Below, piece by piece: positions 31,957 to 45,091 of a stretch of DNA of 64,000 bases. The stretch's first letter is position 1. Every line of letters begins with the position of its first letter. The translations under genes were made by a program, and so were the position numbers. This DNA comes from Nemertoderma westbladi (Eukaryota > Animalia > Xenacoelomorpha): positions 13,654 to 77,653 of the forward strand of contig JAUCBJ010007408.1 in the NCBI GenBank assembly GCA_032718475.1, given 5' to 3'. Below the pieces are notes generated by a model. The model did not search any database and was not told the DNA's origin. It saw only the letters and a list, made by a program, of their open reading frames with translations.

Positions 31957-33203
31957 TCAGTTTCCCTGGGCAGTGACGCCAGTCCTGTGACCAACGTGCC
32001 AGACCAACGTGGTGTCAGTCCAATATGTGACCTTCAGATTGGCCTCCAGTTCACGCTGAACTAGACTGACGATGTTGATAGATATCGTCCCATCCTGAAG
32101 CTCTCCCCGAGGTACTGTCATGTACTTCAAAGGCATTGTCTTAGCCTTTGAAGTTACGAATGACACCTCATAACTGTCTGATGTCACTTGTCTGCGTAGG
32201 TACAAAGTAACCCCCAGTCCATCCTTACTAGCATCACTGAAGCTGTGTAGCTCCAGATCTGCAGGAAATGTGGACTGTAAGGGAAAGTATACCCTTGGGA
32301 TGGTATAGTCTTGTAGGAGTGGCAACTGTGCCTCCCAGCCCCTCCATCGCTTGGCCAGCTTTTCCGGAATGGAATCATCCCATTCCAGTCCGGCTTGCCA
32401 AATGCTGTGGAGTATGATCCTTACAGTGGGTCATACAAACGACTCATTGTTGACAGGCAGGTTCTCTTGGTGAGAGGCCTTTTCTGGTGGTTCGTTTTTA
32501 TGCGCACCCTAAAGTTGTTGGTGTTTGGATCCCAACTAAGTCCCAGGACCTTGGTCGTGGGCAGAGGTTCCAGGTCTAGTTCTAACGCACCTCCGCTATG
32601 TTCAATGGGGTCAAAGGAGTTCACTAGCTCGGGGTTGTTGGAGGCGAATCTTGTGAGATGGAAACCCCCCTCTGCGAGGCAGTTCTGGAGCTGGTGTGCT
32701 ATGGTTGTAGCACGCTCCAGAGTGTCGCAACTCTTGAGGCCGTCATCCACATAAAAATTACACTCCACTGTCCGAACGACGTCTAGTCTGTCACGCTGGA
32801 CTAAGGCTGTTTGCTTTAGGGCGTACATGGTACAGTTTGGGCTGTCACTGGCCTCAAAAACTCTAACCTGCATTTGGTAGGTTTCTGGTGGAAGGTTTAA
32901 ATTTCCATCCAGGCACCATAGGAACCTCAAACTGTCCCTCTCTTGCTCCAAAGCTTGAACCTGGTGGAACATGGCCTCTTCGTCACAGGTGAAGGCCACC
33001 TTGCGTTGTCTAAAACGCATCAGGACCCCCATGAGGTAATTGTTCATATTGGGCCTGTCCATCAATTCGGTATTCATCAACATCCCTTGGTAAAGGGCGG
33101 TGCAGTCGCTTACGACGCTCACTTTACCAGGTTTGTCTGGGTGCCATAAGAAATGATGTGGCAGGTAATATGTCTCGTCTGTGGTTACCTCAGGGTTTGT
33201 CAT
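31957..33203 (-). pseudogene. BEL-B reverse transcriptase / RNase H
   Basis: YYLPHH, DEEAMFHQV, LRFLW, FYVDDGL, KVLGLSWD, RLYDPL; ELHSFSDAS, YWTD. Confidence 0.92.
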
Positions 33204-33344
33204 CCTGATAGCATATCCATTTTGGAGATATGTCTGAAGCTATGCGTTGTATTGCATATGGGCTGTCTCATCACATAATAATCACTGCCTTATCGACTTA
33301 AGTCGTTTTAACACAAGCGGATAATTATTGATGAACTTGGGTTG

Positions 33345-36300
33345 TCAATGGTGCCACAACATCCCAACTTCGTAGTGTCCATTCGCGGTCTGGCGAATGC
33401 TATCCTTCATAATCTTTAAAGACCGTTTCTCCTGTTCTGAAATAGAAGTCTCGTAACTACCTGGTTCTGCCATGTCCTGTTCCAACCATTGTATGGTTTT
33501 CTCAGTCAATAGTTTGTCAAGCGCCGCTTGCACTGCGCCATGGTCCTTATCTACATTGTCATTGGATACCGTGGCCAGTGACAATGTGGCTGGTAGGCTC
33601 GCAAGCCTTCCGGTGTCACTAGTCGGCATCGAAACGCTGTGAGGTGGTTTGACAACCGTTGGATCTGTCAGTAGGCTCGCAAGCCTTCCAAAGTCCGCTA
33701 CCGGTGGCGAAACGTTATGGAATGGCTCGATGACCTTTGGATCTATCGGTAGGCTCGCAAGACTTCCAAGATCCTCGTTCGTCGATACATCCACCGCGTC
33801 AACCCTTTGGTCTTTGGTAGTCGATACAACCTGTTTCGCTGCAAGTAGCTGTAAGGTAGAGGTTTGTGTGGTCTCGTCTAAGTCAGTTATGTCGGTGTCT
33901 GTAGCGACGCAAGTCTGCTGGTGCACTGCCTGTACTGTAGGACCATAAGAATGTGAGGGAGAATTTACTAATGTAGTAGTAGTTAACAAACTACACGTAC
34001 TCAGTACGTCGTCCTCCTGATCACTTACCTCTTGTGAACACACAGGTGCTCTCGTATACAAACCTATAGGAGTACTACAAGCGTAAGGGTTGCCCGCTGT
34101 TACCACAGATGGACGTGTCTCCCATACTTGATACAAGTGGTCTGTTCCAATCAACATCACTATAGAACGATAATTAACTGGACACTCCAGTATTCCAAGA
34201 TGTCGGAAATACTTACAATCTTCTGGAGATTGCTCTGGCACAGGACCGAGTAAGTTGCTAAAGTCCTTCGTGGCCACAAATGTAAGGTTTCTTACCAGAA
34301 GTAATGAGCATTCCTCCCTACTATGCTCCGCTTTGGAAAGAAGGGTATTCAGGGTCAACTTGACCCTTGTTACGGGTATCGCCCTCTTCTTACCATTCAT
34401 GCTGCTCACGATATACTGAGCTGTCTTACCTTGACTCATGTCGGTGACTACGTCAGCCACCTGCTTGGCAATGTAACTATGCGAAGACGCAGAATCTTGG
34501 ATAGCGTAGATGCGCTTGCTCCCTCTGGTTCCAGTGATTTTAATGGGGATAACACTGAATCCTTTCAGCTGGTTCTGCATGAGGAGAGTTATGGATGGCT
34601 GTTCTTCCTCCCCTGCATGCACGTAGAAGGTCTCATCCTCTGAGTCTTTATCGTCCAATAATCCTGATTGGTGGATGTAGGCGGAGTAGAAGGTCTGAAC
34701 CTCCCTTGGTGTGTGCGCCTTGTAAAGGGTGTTGCACTTGGCCGCTTTGTCGGGATGATCACATTGAAAACGTTTAGTTGGAGTGTGGCTAGTCTTGTGG
34801 AGCAACTTGTCATGGTTGTGTCCACAAGTGTCGTTTCCTGGACAGTCCTTTCGGACATGCCTGGGCATGGTACATCTCCAACAAGAATCCAATGGATGGA
34901 TCTGGAGTCTTCTCTCCTCACTCCTAGATCTCTGAAAGCATGACATCCGCACAACTTGTGTCTGCCGTAGCGTCCTCCATTCATTTCACAGAACTGACAT
35001 CCGTTGAAATCTGCAGGCAACTGCTGCCATGACTGTTTGGCGCCAATGGGTGTCAAAACCTGGGAGGTATCCATCGGAGTAGCATAGCTGACGGCTTTTG
35101 CGTTTGTCGGAAGCTGCTTGGTCCGAATCGGCGCTGCGATCATGATCCCTTCTGCCTCTATGTGATGGACGGTATAGTTCGACCGTGTCTCTACTACGGC
35201 CTCTCGTGTATCAGCTGGTAGACATCCATTAGCCGCAGTAATCCACTGGCCTCTTCACCCTGGTACTCCACCTTACACCACTCTCGATGCAGTCGATGAT
35301 GGAGTCGGCCGATAATCCTAATCAAGACAGTCGGCGGGTTGGCGTATTCGAGTTGACTGATAGACTGCAAGGTTCCTATAGCATTCTTTATCTCATCCGC
35401 CAATCGAAGTAGATCTATGGGTTTCGAGATGGGTCTGCCTCCACAGAAGTCTTCTATAATGGATTTAGCCATCGCGACATTACCACCCTATATGGAGAAT
35501 AGGAGGTCGTACACTAGCTCGTAGGCATCTGGAACTCTGATAAAGTTTTCCGGCAACCTTTTCGGCTCACCCGAGAGTACTTGAAGTAGATAGTTGAATT
35601 TCTCCATAGAGGTGAATGCACACATGGCAATTTGAGACTCAACATAGTCTACCAACGTACACCAATGTTTCGCGTTGCCCGAGAACTTCAAAGGTTGTTG
35701 TGCCGGTAATCCATGTCAGGCCACGAATTTAGTGATCTCGTTAACTATACCCAACTGTCCACATCCCTGTCCAGGGATGGCGTTCAGTCGGTCCTGTCCA
35801 CGTGAAGTTCGTCGATACGGTTCGTAATCATCAGGATCTTATCCTCAAGGATTTAGGGTTTGCCATACTTCTGGTTCTCAATAAGGTGGTCGCTGTGGTT
35901 GAGGTTGGGGTTGTTTCAACTCATCGCTGGCTCGTGATCTATACGAAGGCGGCGCTTCGAGTCGCTCTTTGATTTGAGCCAACCGGTCCACTACAGGTCG
36001 CATCATCTTGGTGAGTTGTCTGGCGATAATCGCCTCTGCCGGGTGCGACGTAGGTCTTTGCACGGGTGTTTCTCATGGAGGATTGTCGATATACGGGTTC
36101 GTCGTTCTATCCGGTTCCCGCTTGTAATCGCTGGCCGCATGAAGAATACACCGAATATATCCCTTTCTGTAGACTCCGTATCGCTAGATGAATCGCTGTC
36201 GTTTGGATACAGCTGGTGGTTTCGTGTTCGGCGTATTACTCTAGTTGGTTGGGTTCGTTTTGGTTTGGAATCTACGGTTCTTCGTCGTTCGGTAGGCTCG

Positions 36301-38109
36301 CAAGCCTTCCACAAAGTCGTAGGTCTCGATAAACTCGGTTCGAACCTGTTGGTACTACCCACATCTACGGTTCTCCGTCATTCGGTAGGCTCGCAAGCCT
36401 TCCAAGAATTCGTAGGTCTCGATACACATTGAGTGAGTGGTGTAGTAAAGATGCCAGATTTAGGAGGTACTGTTGGTCTATAAATAACAGGGTTTGCGCA
36501 GCACGTCACAGGTTTAACTAGAGCCGGTTTACTCACCTGTTTCACTGTCATAAATGCAGGTTCGTCCCTCTTTACAAGTAAACTACGGCTTACAATAGGT
36601 GGACTTCTAACCTTACCTGCTAGAATCAGCGATGATGTCGCTCGTGGCTGTAGAACTGATTATCGGTTTGATCGGTGATTAACCGGTATCACAAACCTGT
36701 TACCTTGAGTTGCACGTACAGGCGATATCTCTTTAGGCTTCACAACTATGATCACTTTCACTGGAGTCATGGGTTTGAACATAGGAATAACTTGGGGGAA
36801 TAGTTGACAATAGTCCTCAACAAACTCCTCTCCTCGCTCTATCGCTCCTACACTTCCTTCTTCGATACGCTTCTGGATTCCGCAATACCGAGCCTCCAAA
36901 CGATCTATGGCAGACAAATCATGCCTACCTCGTGATCTTATAGATCTGCCACTCGCATCGAGTTAGAGATCCTCTTGCGCGTTTGCCAACTTGCTCAATC
37001 TGCGATTGAGTTAGAACTGTAGTGCAAATCTTTCTCGCACCGATCGGCCTCCTGCTGTTGCGCCGCTAACTCCACTTCCCGCACGGCCAAACGAGCGTTT
37101 ATCTGTCACACTTCCAGCTCGGTACGAGCATCAGTAGCTGCCTTTTGTTGCGCTATCTCTTCTGTCTTTTGTTGCACTAACTCATCTGCCTTTTGTCGCG
37201 CTAACTCAGCTGCCGCAGTCGCTGAGGGTGCTTCTCGTGCTATATCTTCCTCTAATTTCCGCATCTCTGATGTTTAAAATTCGGTTTGAGCTCAGAGTTG
37301 AGCTTTTCTCGCATCATCTTCCCTACGTTGTCTCTCTCCCTTGACTGCAGCCTGCACCATCAGCAGCAGCGCTTCTTCCTCGGTAATCTGTTGCTGGCAT
37401 CCGATCTCCTGTTGTTGTCGAGTAATTACTGATGCTGTTCGACCAACATCACCAGCGTCGCTCCATATGCTAACAAACGAAATATCCAGGTGTGGATTTT
37501 GGTAGGCTCGCAAGCCTTCTATAGCGAGAACTTCTGTCGTTCCTGTCGGTAGAACTTCGATCGGCACGCCACGTCTATGGAGAAAGTTGGTAAGCGCTTC
37601 TAATTTCCAGTCCAGGCAGTATAATTCTTCTTCCTCTTCGGGTTGCAACAAAGCGTCCAAGACTGACTCACCCATCAGTTGGTCGAGTTGTTCTCTTTGA
37701 GTCGATCCTACAACCAACTTAAACTGAATTAGACTTTCCCTCGCACTTACCAGTTTATCTGTTCTTCTTACCTGAGTAAAATTGTCGTCACATAACTCCA
37801 CTAATTCGTATAAACTTCGGAGTTTATCTACGGAGGCATGTACCCTATGTTCTACTCTTACCTGTAGGGCGTAGAATGCATGACACGACAGAATTCGCGC
37901 ACAACGTGAAAACCTTCTCTGATATTTCGGGTGATCTGAGCCATGTGTCCTCCTATGCTCCTAATAATGTTCTCCTGGCTCCCAGTCAAACTTACCATGT
38001 CTGGTTCCCGCGATCTGGATTGCGGGATGGTAAGGAAGTCTTCGGTTCTACCGTCACCACGAGCTATGGCTTCTGGTATTTCCATTGGCGGTACCGGCGA
38101 CACACACAC
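33345..38109 (-). pseudogene. BEL-B gag-protease, multiple stops and frameshifts
   Basis: DUF1759-like 35194-35700; Zn knuckles ~34780-35000; YAIQDSASSHSYI protease; MLIGTD; GHYEVGMLW. Confidence 0.8.
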
Positions 38110-38134
38110 GGTTTGACATCAGTAGAATCGTGAG

Positions 38135-39346
38135 TCCTCACCAAAAATCATTACCAAATCAACCTGGATTTTAGACATTATGGGTTTTCTGGGACACTGA
38201 TCACGAATATGACACTCAAAAATATCGTATTATCCAACCAAACTCGCTTTTTGCAATTTGAAATGTTTGCTACTTGTAATTTTCGTCCCAACAGAAAAGC
38301 ACCAAAATTGACAGTTGCATTACCACGAATGATTTGTAACGTGTTATATCGTGATCAGCTACCTTGAAAACCAGTATAGCTTCAGAATTACCAAATCATA
38401 GGCATAATTTGACAGTTTATAAGTTTGTGCTACTTGTAATTTTCGTTCTGGGGCACTAGAATAGCACCAAAATTGGGTTTGCATTACCAGAAATATTTAT
38501 AACTAGTAATCAATTACTCGTAATCAGCGACCTCGAAAACACATACGTTCAGAATTATCAAACCAAACACAAATTTTTTTATGTTGACATTTTTTTACTT
38601 GTACTTTTCATACTGGGGGACCAAAATAGCACAAAAAATGATGGTTGCTTTTCCAAAAAATATTTTTAACAAGTTTTATCATGATCAGCGACCTCAAAAC
38701 CCTATTATTTAATAGGTTCAGCCACTCTGCTTCAGTTTCCATAATAAATTCTAATTTATTCGTGTATTAACTTGTTTGTACAATAACTAACCGAATAGGC
38801 TACATATATTCTACGATAATCTATAAAAAAAACAAGTGTATACGGTGCTTACTACTATTACTAGTATAATACAGTTTGAATTTCGCTCTAATAAAACCCA
38901 ATAACGACCAATAAACCAATGAAAACAGTCGATTTTAAGAGCCAAACTTTAAACGCGTTTTTCTCAGAATAAACATTTTTTCCCCAGGTCCCTTTTCTCG
39001 CAACCAGCCACAAATGCATAAATTAGACAGTGGAACCCACAAATTTTGAGTAATACTGTGCTCTAAGTTTAAACGACACGAGTCGTGAAATTTACGTTAA
39101 ATTTATGTTTAAATTGACGAGAACTGTTCTGTTTCCAGCATCGCGGACGAATCTTTTACCTCCAAAACTTGCTAAAAACGGCTTGATCTTCGAAGCGGTC
39201 CAGAAATGAGGCTTTGAGTCCTGAAAAATCAAAGGTGAGAGTTTTACGGACTACTCTAGAAAAAAAATTCATAGGTACTGACACAAATTGGTAATTAAAC
39301 CTTTTCATGTACCAAAAAAAAATAACACCGCACACACACACGGCCT
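38135..39346. mobile_element. Probable non-autonomous DNA transposon fragment in the BEL-B 5' region
   Basis: Abrupt composition change; three ~165-bp repeats with tacttgtaattttc and gatcagcgacctc(g)aaaac; right end ...cacggcc followed by TAA; no matching left end found. Confidence 0.35.
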
Positions 39347-40525
39347 AAAGACAAAATTTAATTACAAAAAATTAGCCTATAGCTAATCAAATACAAAACT
39401 AGTCTAAATTACGTAAATTTTACCGATATTCACTAAAGTTATAAAATACCGCTTACTGTAAAATGCATACACGTTTTACAGAATTGTACATTCTGTAAAA
39501 CGTGTATGGAATTTGTACAATCTGTACGATTGTACAAATTCTAGGCCTACTAAATATTTAATAAGATACCGCTTACTGTAAAAAACGCACAAGTGTTTTT
39601 TACAGAATGTACAAGTTATAGTGATATTAAATGCGCACGCATTTTACAGAATGCACGTAAATTATGTACGTACCGCTTACTGTAAAGTCCAGTAATCAAT
39701 AACAGGGGTTGTACAGTATCTACCATGAAATCCCAGCACAGGAAAGGTCTAAATAATAGATACTAGTGTACACAAACTACTACTGGCGAGATCGGTGCCT
39801 GTTGTCTTCCTCTAAACTTGGGCGAATCAATTGCCCGGGCTAACTTGACAATCAGGGTGACCGGTCCCTAACTGGTGAGGCAGATGTACAGTCTACAGGA
39901 ACAGACCAAACTCTCGAGAAAACAATCCCCACTCCATCACTAACTACCGCTAATGGACCTAAAATACTGTAGACTTGCCGCGGTGTGATTTACATGGGTA
40001 TAATACGAGCCAGTGAGTCAACCAAACACAAGCGTGAAACAATACTGCCGATTCAAAAAAAGCAGTCAAACAGGGTACAACATCAGAAGAACAATAAAAC
40101 AGAATCTCGAGGCGCTAGTGTGTGTGTGTGTATTATGGTAAAACAAAATTTTGGGGTAATTTTGGAATGATATACTAGGTTTTGATGACTTTAACAACAA
40201 AATAATACCGGGTGCTAGCTACTAGAATAAGCTAGTGGCTCTCTGTAGGTGCAATACTTACAAACTGACGTCAAAGGGGCTCTCTCCTCCTATATTCACA
40301 ACCTGGTTGGAAAATTACGGTGTTAGTAACTACGCCCATGATCGGCACTGATACCAGACTCTGATTGCGAAAATAGAGAATAGGGTGTTAATTTGTTACC
40401 GTACTACTAGCTGATCTGGGATGTATTTGATTCTAGAATTTTGTTGCTGCGGTGGTATACAGCAAATACCTATCAGTACGTGGCAAGGGCGTGGTAGGAT
40501 GTTAGTATCCACCTTTTAGCCTAAA

Positions 40526-41588
40526 TGTGTGCCAGTAGCACCTTGTTCCACCTTGGTGTAGTGGTTGCATTGAATTCACATCTCCCGTAGGTCTTGGGTT
40601 CGATCCTCACATGAGCCAGGGCAGTTTTCGTTTCGGCACGAATGCTTTAAAGGGACCAGCCAGGGCGCATCTCTGCCTTGAATCCGTAAGTGGTAGCTAA
40701 ATGAGTACTGGAGTTTCCTTTGGGGAGTAAAGTTCTGGGGGGACCGCACTGTAAATAAGTCGTCAGACTTTGTGCGTAATCCCTGGCCTAGTGGCCGAAG
40801 AAAATTTACTTTACTTTACTTTAGCAGAAGGCTGCCCTTTGCCTGAGTAAATATGTTAGACTCAGACAGATCAGTCAACTGCAAGGCCTATAGTGCTAAC
40901 TGGTACTGCACCGCTAGTACGGTAAAGTCACCAAATTATAGAGCGTGCTATTTGAACCTAAGTGTACTCGCGTGTACTAGCAAACAGCACCAGCTCGCAC
41001 CTGTAAGCGGTACAGGTTCACTGTGGGGTTTCTGTCTGAATCTGAGATATTTACTCCTAAATGTGAGTGGATTCAATTCTGCCCACCACCCCATAAAGTT
41101 AGGAAGTGGCACCTTTTAGCAATATTGGGGATACACACAAAGGGAGGTCAGAGGTTAAACCTCCGGGAGAGGAAAGTGACAGCAGCGGGGGGGGGGGGGG
41201 GGGGGGAATCACTCCCACAGAGGTGGGAGCCGAGAATTAGGTTATTGGCCAATCAGAGCCAAAGTAACTGCATCCGCTAAGTAATAAGGCCAAAAGTACA
41301 GTTGGTAATCAATATATTACCGGTCAGTATCCATATCATAATTCAGTTATCTCAGTCACCCAGGGCAGTACGGTGACACTTTAACACCGTCACCGCCATC
41401 ATCAATATATTACCGTACAGCATTTACCGGTAACCTTGCTTCAGTTATCTCATGCTATCACTCTATATTATATATTATATTACCGAACTCTATTAACAAT
41501 ATTGGAACAACAATAACCAATTGTTTTCTTAACCGTGCGGCGACGCGTAAATAAACCAAACCGGTCGGGATCCCCTGATCCCGTCACA
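40526..41588 (+). repeat. 5' LTR of A2 (contains a SINE)
   Basis: 41097-41588 repeats at 45092-45648 (apart from a ~60-70-bp indel); 41060-41130 is homologous to the BEL-A LTR. Confidence 0.8.
40541..40821 (+). mobile_element. tRNA-derived SINE
   Basis: A box tggtgtagtgg, B box gggttcgatcc (40596-40606), (TTTAC)n tail, TSD TAGCA (40536-40540 / 40822-40826). Confidence 0.8.
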
Positions 41589-41674
41589 GTGTTAAAGTCG
41601 CCTACTGACCCAGTAAAGTTACCGAGTACCTAGATAACTGTGACTGCCACCCACCAGAAAGAAGGAGAGACAAG

Positions 41675-43650
41675 ATGAGCGAAACCCGAAACCTCGAGGG
41701 AGAGACGACACCGCCGCGGACCCCGGATGATACGAACGAAACGATCCGCGAGGCCGCGACGCGACGGTATCGACCCGCAATGCCGGACTCGCCGGAGAGG
41801 AACGATCTGGTAGCCCAGGCAGAGGGCGGCCGTCTACCAGGGCAAGAGGAAGAGTCGACGCGCGACGGCGCACGACGTACCGATGTCGCCGGCCAGCCAC
41901 AGGCCGAGGGCGATGGAAGGCCCACCGGAACGGCGACAGTGGGGCCGCTGGTACGACGCCGAACCAGGAGGGAAGGAGGAGAGATCGGCGATGAGGACAT
42001 CAGAACCAGCGACCGGCTCCGACGAGCCTACAATGCAACCAAGAAGCAACTCAAGGAGGCTAGAGAGGGTGTAAAGATAGACCAGGGAAGTTAAACCAGC
42101 GACTAGGTGAGTCGAACAAACACTTTAAATACCTAGTTCGCTTCAAGCAGGGAGAACTAGCCAGTGAGAGAGCGAGGAGGGTCGCCACCGAACTATTTGA
42201 ACTGTGGCGATCCGGGATTATGGAGCCCCAAGTTGTGTACATAGGGCCGTATTTAGTGGATGCTAGGGGAATTAAGTTAGTGGGTTGGGCAGACCCGCAC
42301 GAGGGCGAATCCGAGATTAACCCCAAGGATTCGGTCTCGTCGGTTAGCGAGGACCCCAGAAAGCGGGGGAAAGTTAGTAGGACGGAGAGGCGACGGGAGT
42401 CCGTCGTGACCGACAAGTCCGCTACATCCTCCGCAAAAGTAAGAAGGGTGTTAGAAATAGATCTGGCGTGCCAGTTGGATATGGTGGCGCTAGACCAAAA
42501 GGAGTTGGAGAGGCAGTTGAAAGAGGGAACTGCGTTGTTTGAAAGAGAGAGAGAACTGGCGAGAGAGAACAAAGAGAGGGCTGAGAGGGTCGCGAGAAAC
42601 TTTAGAGAGTGTGAGGAGATAGAAATAAGGGAAGGAAAAGAGCGAGGGGTGAGAGAGGAGAGTGAGCGAAAAGAGCGTGAGGCGAGAGAGGCGAGAGAAG
42701 CGGAATTGGCCGAGCAGAGTTTGCGAGAGGATAGGGAGAGAGAGAGAACGGGAAAGCGTGTGCGGGATGATATGCACTGGACATCAGGGAGTTCGGGCGA
42801 GTCTCTAGGGCGAGAATTGGGGTGGACGGTAGGGTCACCGAAACAGTCGACATCGGGATTGTTGACGACGCCCATACCGGCAGGCACTGAGGGCGATTTC
42901 GCGCAGAGGAGGCCAGGGGAACTGGAAGGATGGAGAGTCACGGGCAAGAGCCAAGGTGGGAACGGACACAGTGGATCCACCGGGATACCGGGATTGGAGC
43001 CACTCCCAGAGGAGGACGAGGATGACGACGAATTCGGAGAGATGCCGCCCATCGGGAGAATCGGCCACTCGGACACGGACTGGGTTGGCAGGAGGGTGGT
43101 AACGGCCAGCGGGGCGAGAGCCTTCTGGGATAGACCCAGCAAGCGGGCCTGGGTGCATGAGGAGCCGGCGATGGATTTCGCGGAGAGCACCATCAGGTTG
43201 GGCGAGCAACAGGGAACGGCACCATGGGTAGTATTCGGAGAGACGATGCCTGGGCGGGGCGAGGAGATAGACGTGGACAGGGACGCTAATGTCCAGAAGT
43301 TCGCTTACCAGCGACTCCATAGACCGAAGAGATCGCTTGGGACGAAAGACGACCTGGGGCGGGAGGCATTGGTACTTGGCTGCGATTACTGCGGGAGGCA
43401 GACTCACCAGGAAAGGAGCTGCTTGTACCGATTCCAAAAGGGGACTAGCTGTCTCTACTGCTGCGAGTCGAGTCATAGGATGGGGGCGTGTCCACGGTTG
43501 CACAACCGGTGTTCTAAGTGCAACTTCCGGGGGCACTACGGACGCCAGTGCGACTGGATGGATGATGAGGAGAAGTTTAGGATCTTCGAGGAGTGGGCCG
43601 ATGTCGGTGCCATGACCCTGCAGCGGATGAAGGCCCAGGAATTCCGGTAG
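41675..43650 (+). CDS. A2 gag N-terminus fused to a triple Zn-knuckle protein (frameshift ~42080; 476-aa open part 42220-43650)
   Basis: Matches BEL-A gag up to KRVRDD (~42770); then CDYC..H...C, CLYC..H...CP.LH.RCSKC..GH...C, FEEWADVG. Confidence 0.75.
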
Positions 43651-43739
43651 GGCTTCTTTAATATCAACCAGGAGGCCCACCTGGAAATCATTAAACGGAG
43701 ACTTCCGTTTACTTATCAGGAGGTGTCAACGGCGGACTA

Positions 43740-45091
43740 GCGAAGTCTGCGTGCTAGCAGAACAACGAAATCTGCCTTGCCGCGGCATGACTGGTCCTCT
43801 CTGTTGCAACAGCCAAGTGTGAGATCCAGCTTCACGCTACAGCTGAGCAACAGGTATGAGGCTCTTGCCTCTGAGGCGGCAGATCACTGTGAGGGCTATA
43901 CTGCCTTTACAGAAGCAGTTAAGTTAGCAGCTGCAGAAACAGTTCCTGTATACCCTCGAAACAGGAAAAGGGCCCCCTGGACTGACAACAAAATTCAGAA
44001 GTGCCGAAATGACCTTCATAAGGCGCAGAAAGAGTCCCGACTCAAACAGACTACAGCGGCCAAAAATGCAGTTAAGGCTGCATCTAGGTCCCTGAACAGG
44101 CAGTACTCTGCTAATCTACAGGAGCTAATAAACCAACAGGTTGATGCCATCAATGATGCTGACGACAGCAGGCAATCATCCGAGGCATGGATTCGATCAA
44201 TCTGCTTACTGGGTGGAAAAGCCAACCAACCACCAAGGTTAAGGCTGAATCACCAGCCGATCGCCTCAATGGTTGGAAAGCCCACTTTGAAAAGCTCCTC
44301 AATAATGACAGGGTATTGCCTGATAACTTTATAGAAGTAAAAGTGTCTGAGTCTGTACTCCCAGATATTCCCATTGGTGATATCTCCTTTGCAGAAGTGA
44401 AGGCTGCTGCAAAGAGCATTAAGACCAATCGTGCCAGTGGAGTAGATGGTGTTCACCCTGAGGTGTTTAAATACCTGAGTGTTTAAAGCTCATCTATCCC
44501 ATCATAGTAGACATGTACCGAACAAAATCTCCCTTACGGCATATCTCACATAATGGCCCACAATCTTTTGTACTAACAGAAACATCGCCAGTTGAAATTC
44601 AATATCACTTACTACATATGGACCTGGTGAGGACCTTCGAATACGTAAGGGAAAGGCATGGGCAGCCTTGAATAGGCTTTCCAGGATTTGGAAGTCACCG
44701 AGAATTAATCGGAAACTTAAGGTCCGATTATTTAGAGCAGCAGTAGTTCCAGTACTCCTCTACGGGAGTCCATGCTGGGCTCTAACTGCTGAGGACACCA
44801 AATCTCTGGATGGCACATTCACAAGAATGCTACGCCGGGTTCATTGTGTCAAGTACAATGCACACATCTCCAACCAGACACTATATAACATTGGAGGTGT
44901 CTCATTGGTTCCCCCAAGCTTGACACTAGAACAAAATCGCCTCCGCTTTGCAGGACATTGCTTTCGCCGTGAGGACCAGCCAGTGCATAATCTTGTACTT
45001 TGGCAGCCTCATGGAGTGAATAAGCATGGTGGACAGCCCATGACTTTCTTGAGACGCATCTTAAAGGACACTGGCCTTAAAGATGTGGATG
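43740..45091 (+). pseudogene. RTE-like LINE ORF2 fragment, RT core deleted
   Basis: LSNRYEAL, WKAHFEKLLN, GVDGVHPE, then LNRLSRIWKS..KVRLFRAAVVPVLLYGS..LDGTFTRMLR..LRFAGHC. Confidence 0.85.

Larger units (their letters stand above)
26513..38120 (-). mobile_element. BEL/Pao element B, decayed internal region (LTRs not identified)
   Basis: gag (KFSGN..KFNYLLQVLSGEP; CQFC..H, CWRC..H), protease DSASS, RT YYLPHH/FYVDD, RNase H FSDAS..TVPRGEL, integrase C-terminal RTVTV..RPIQHLVLL (29881-30072). Confidence 0.88.

Noticed and set aside
40545-40615. tRNA gene (also 46116-46188)
   Set aside because: Only A/B boxes and no full cloverleaf; the first has a SINE tail and TSD
42060-43680. Minus-strand 377-aa and 281-aa ORFs
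   Set aside because: Antisense to the motif-bearing 42220-43650 ORF
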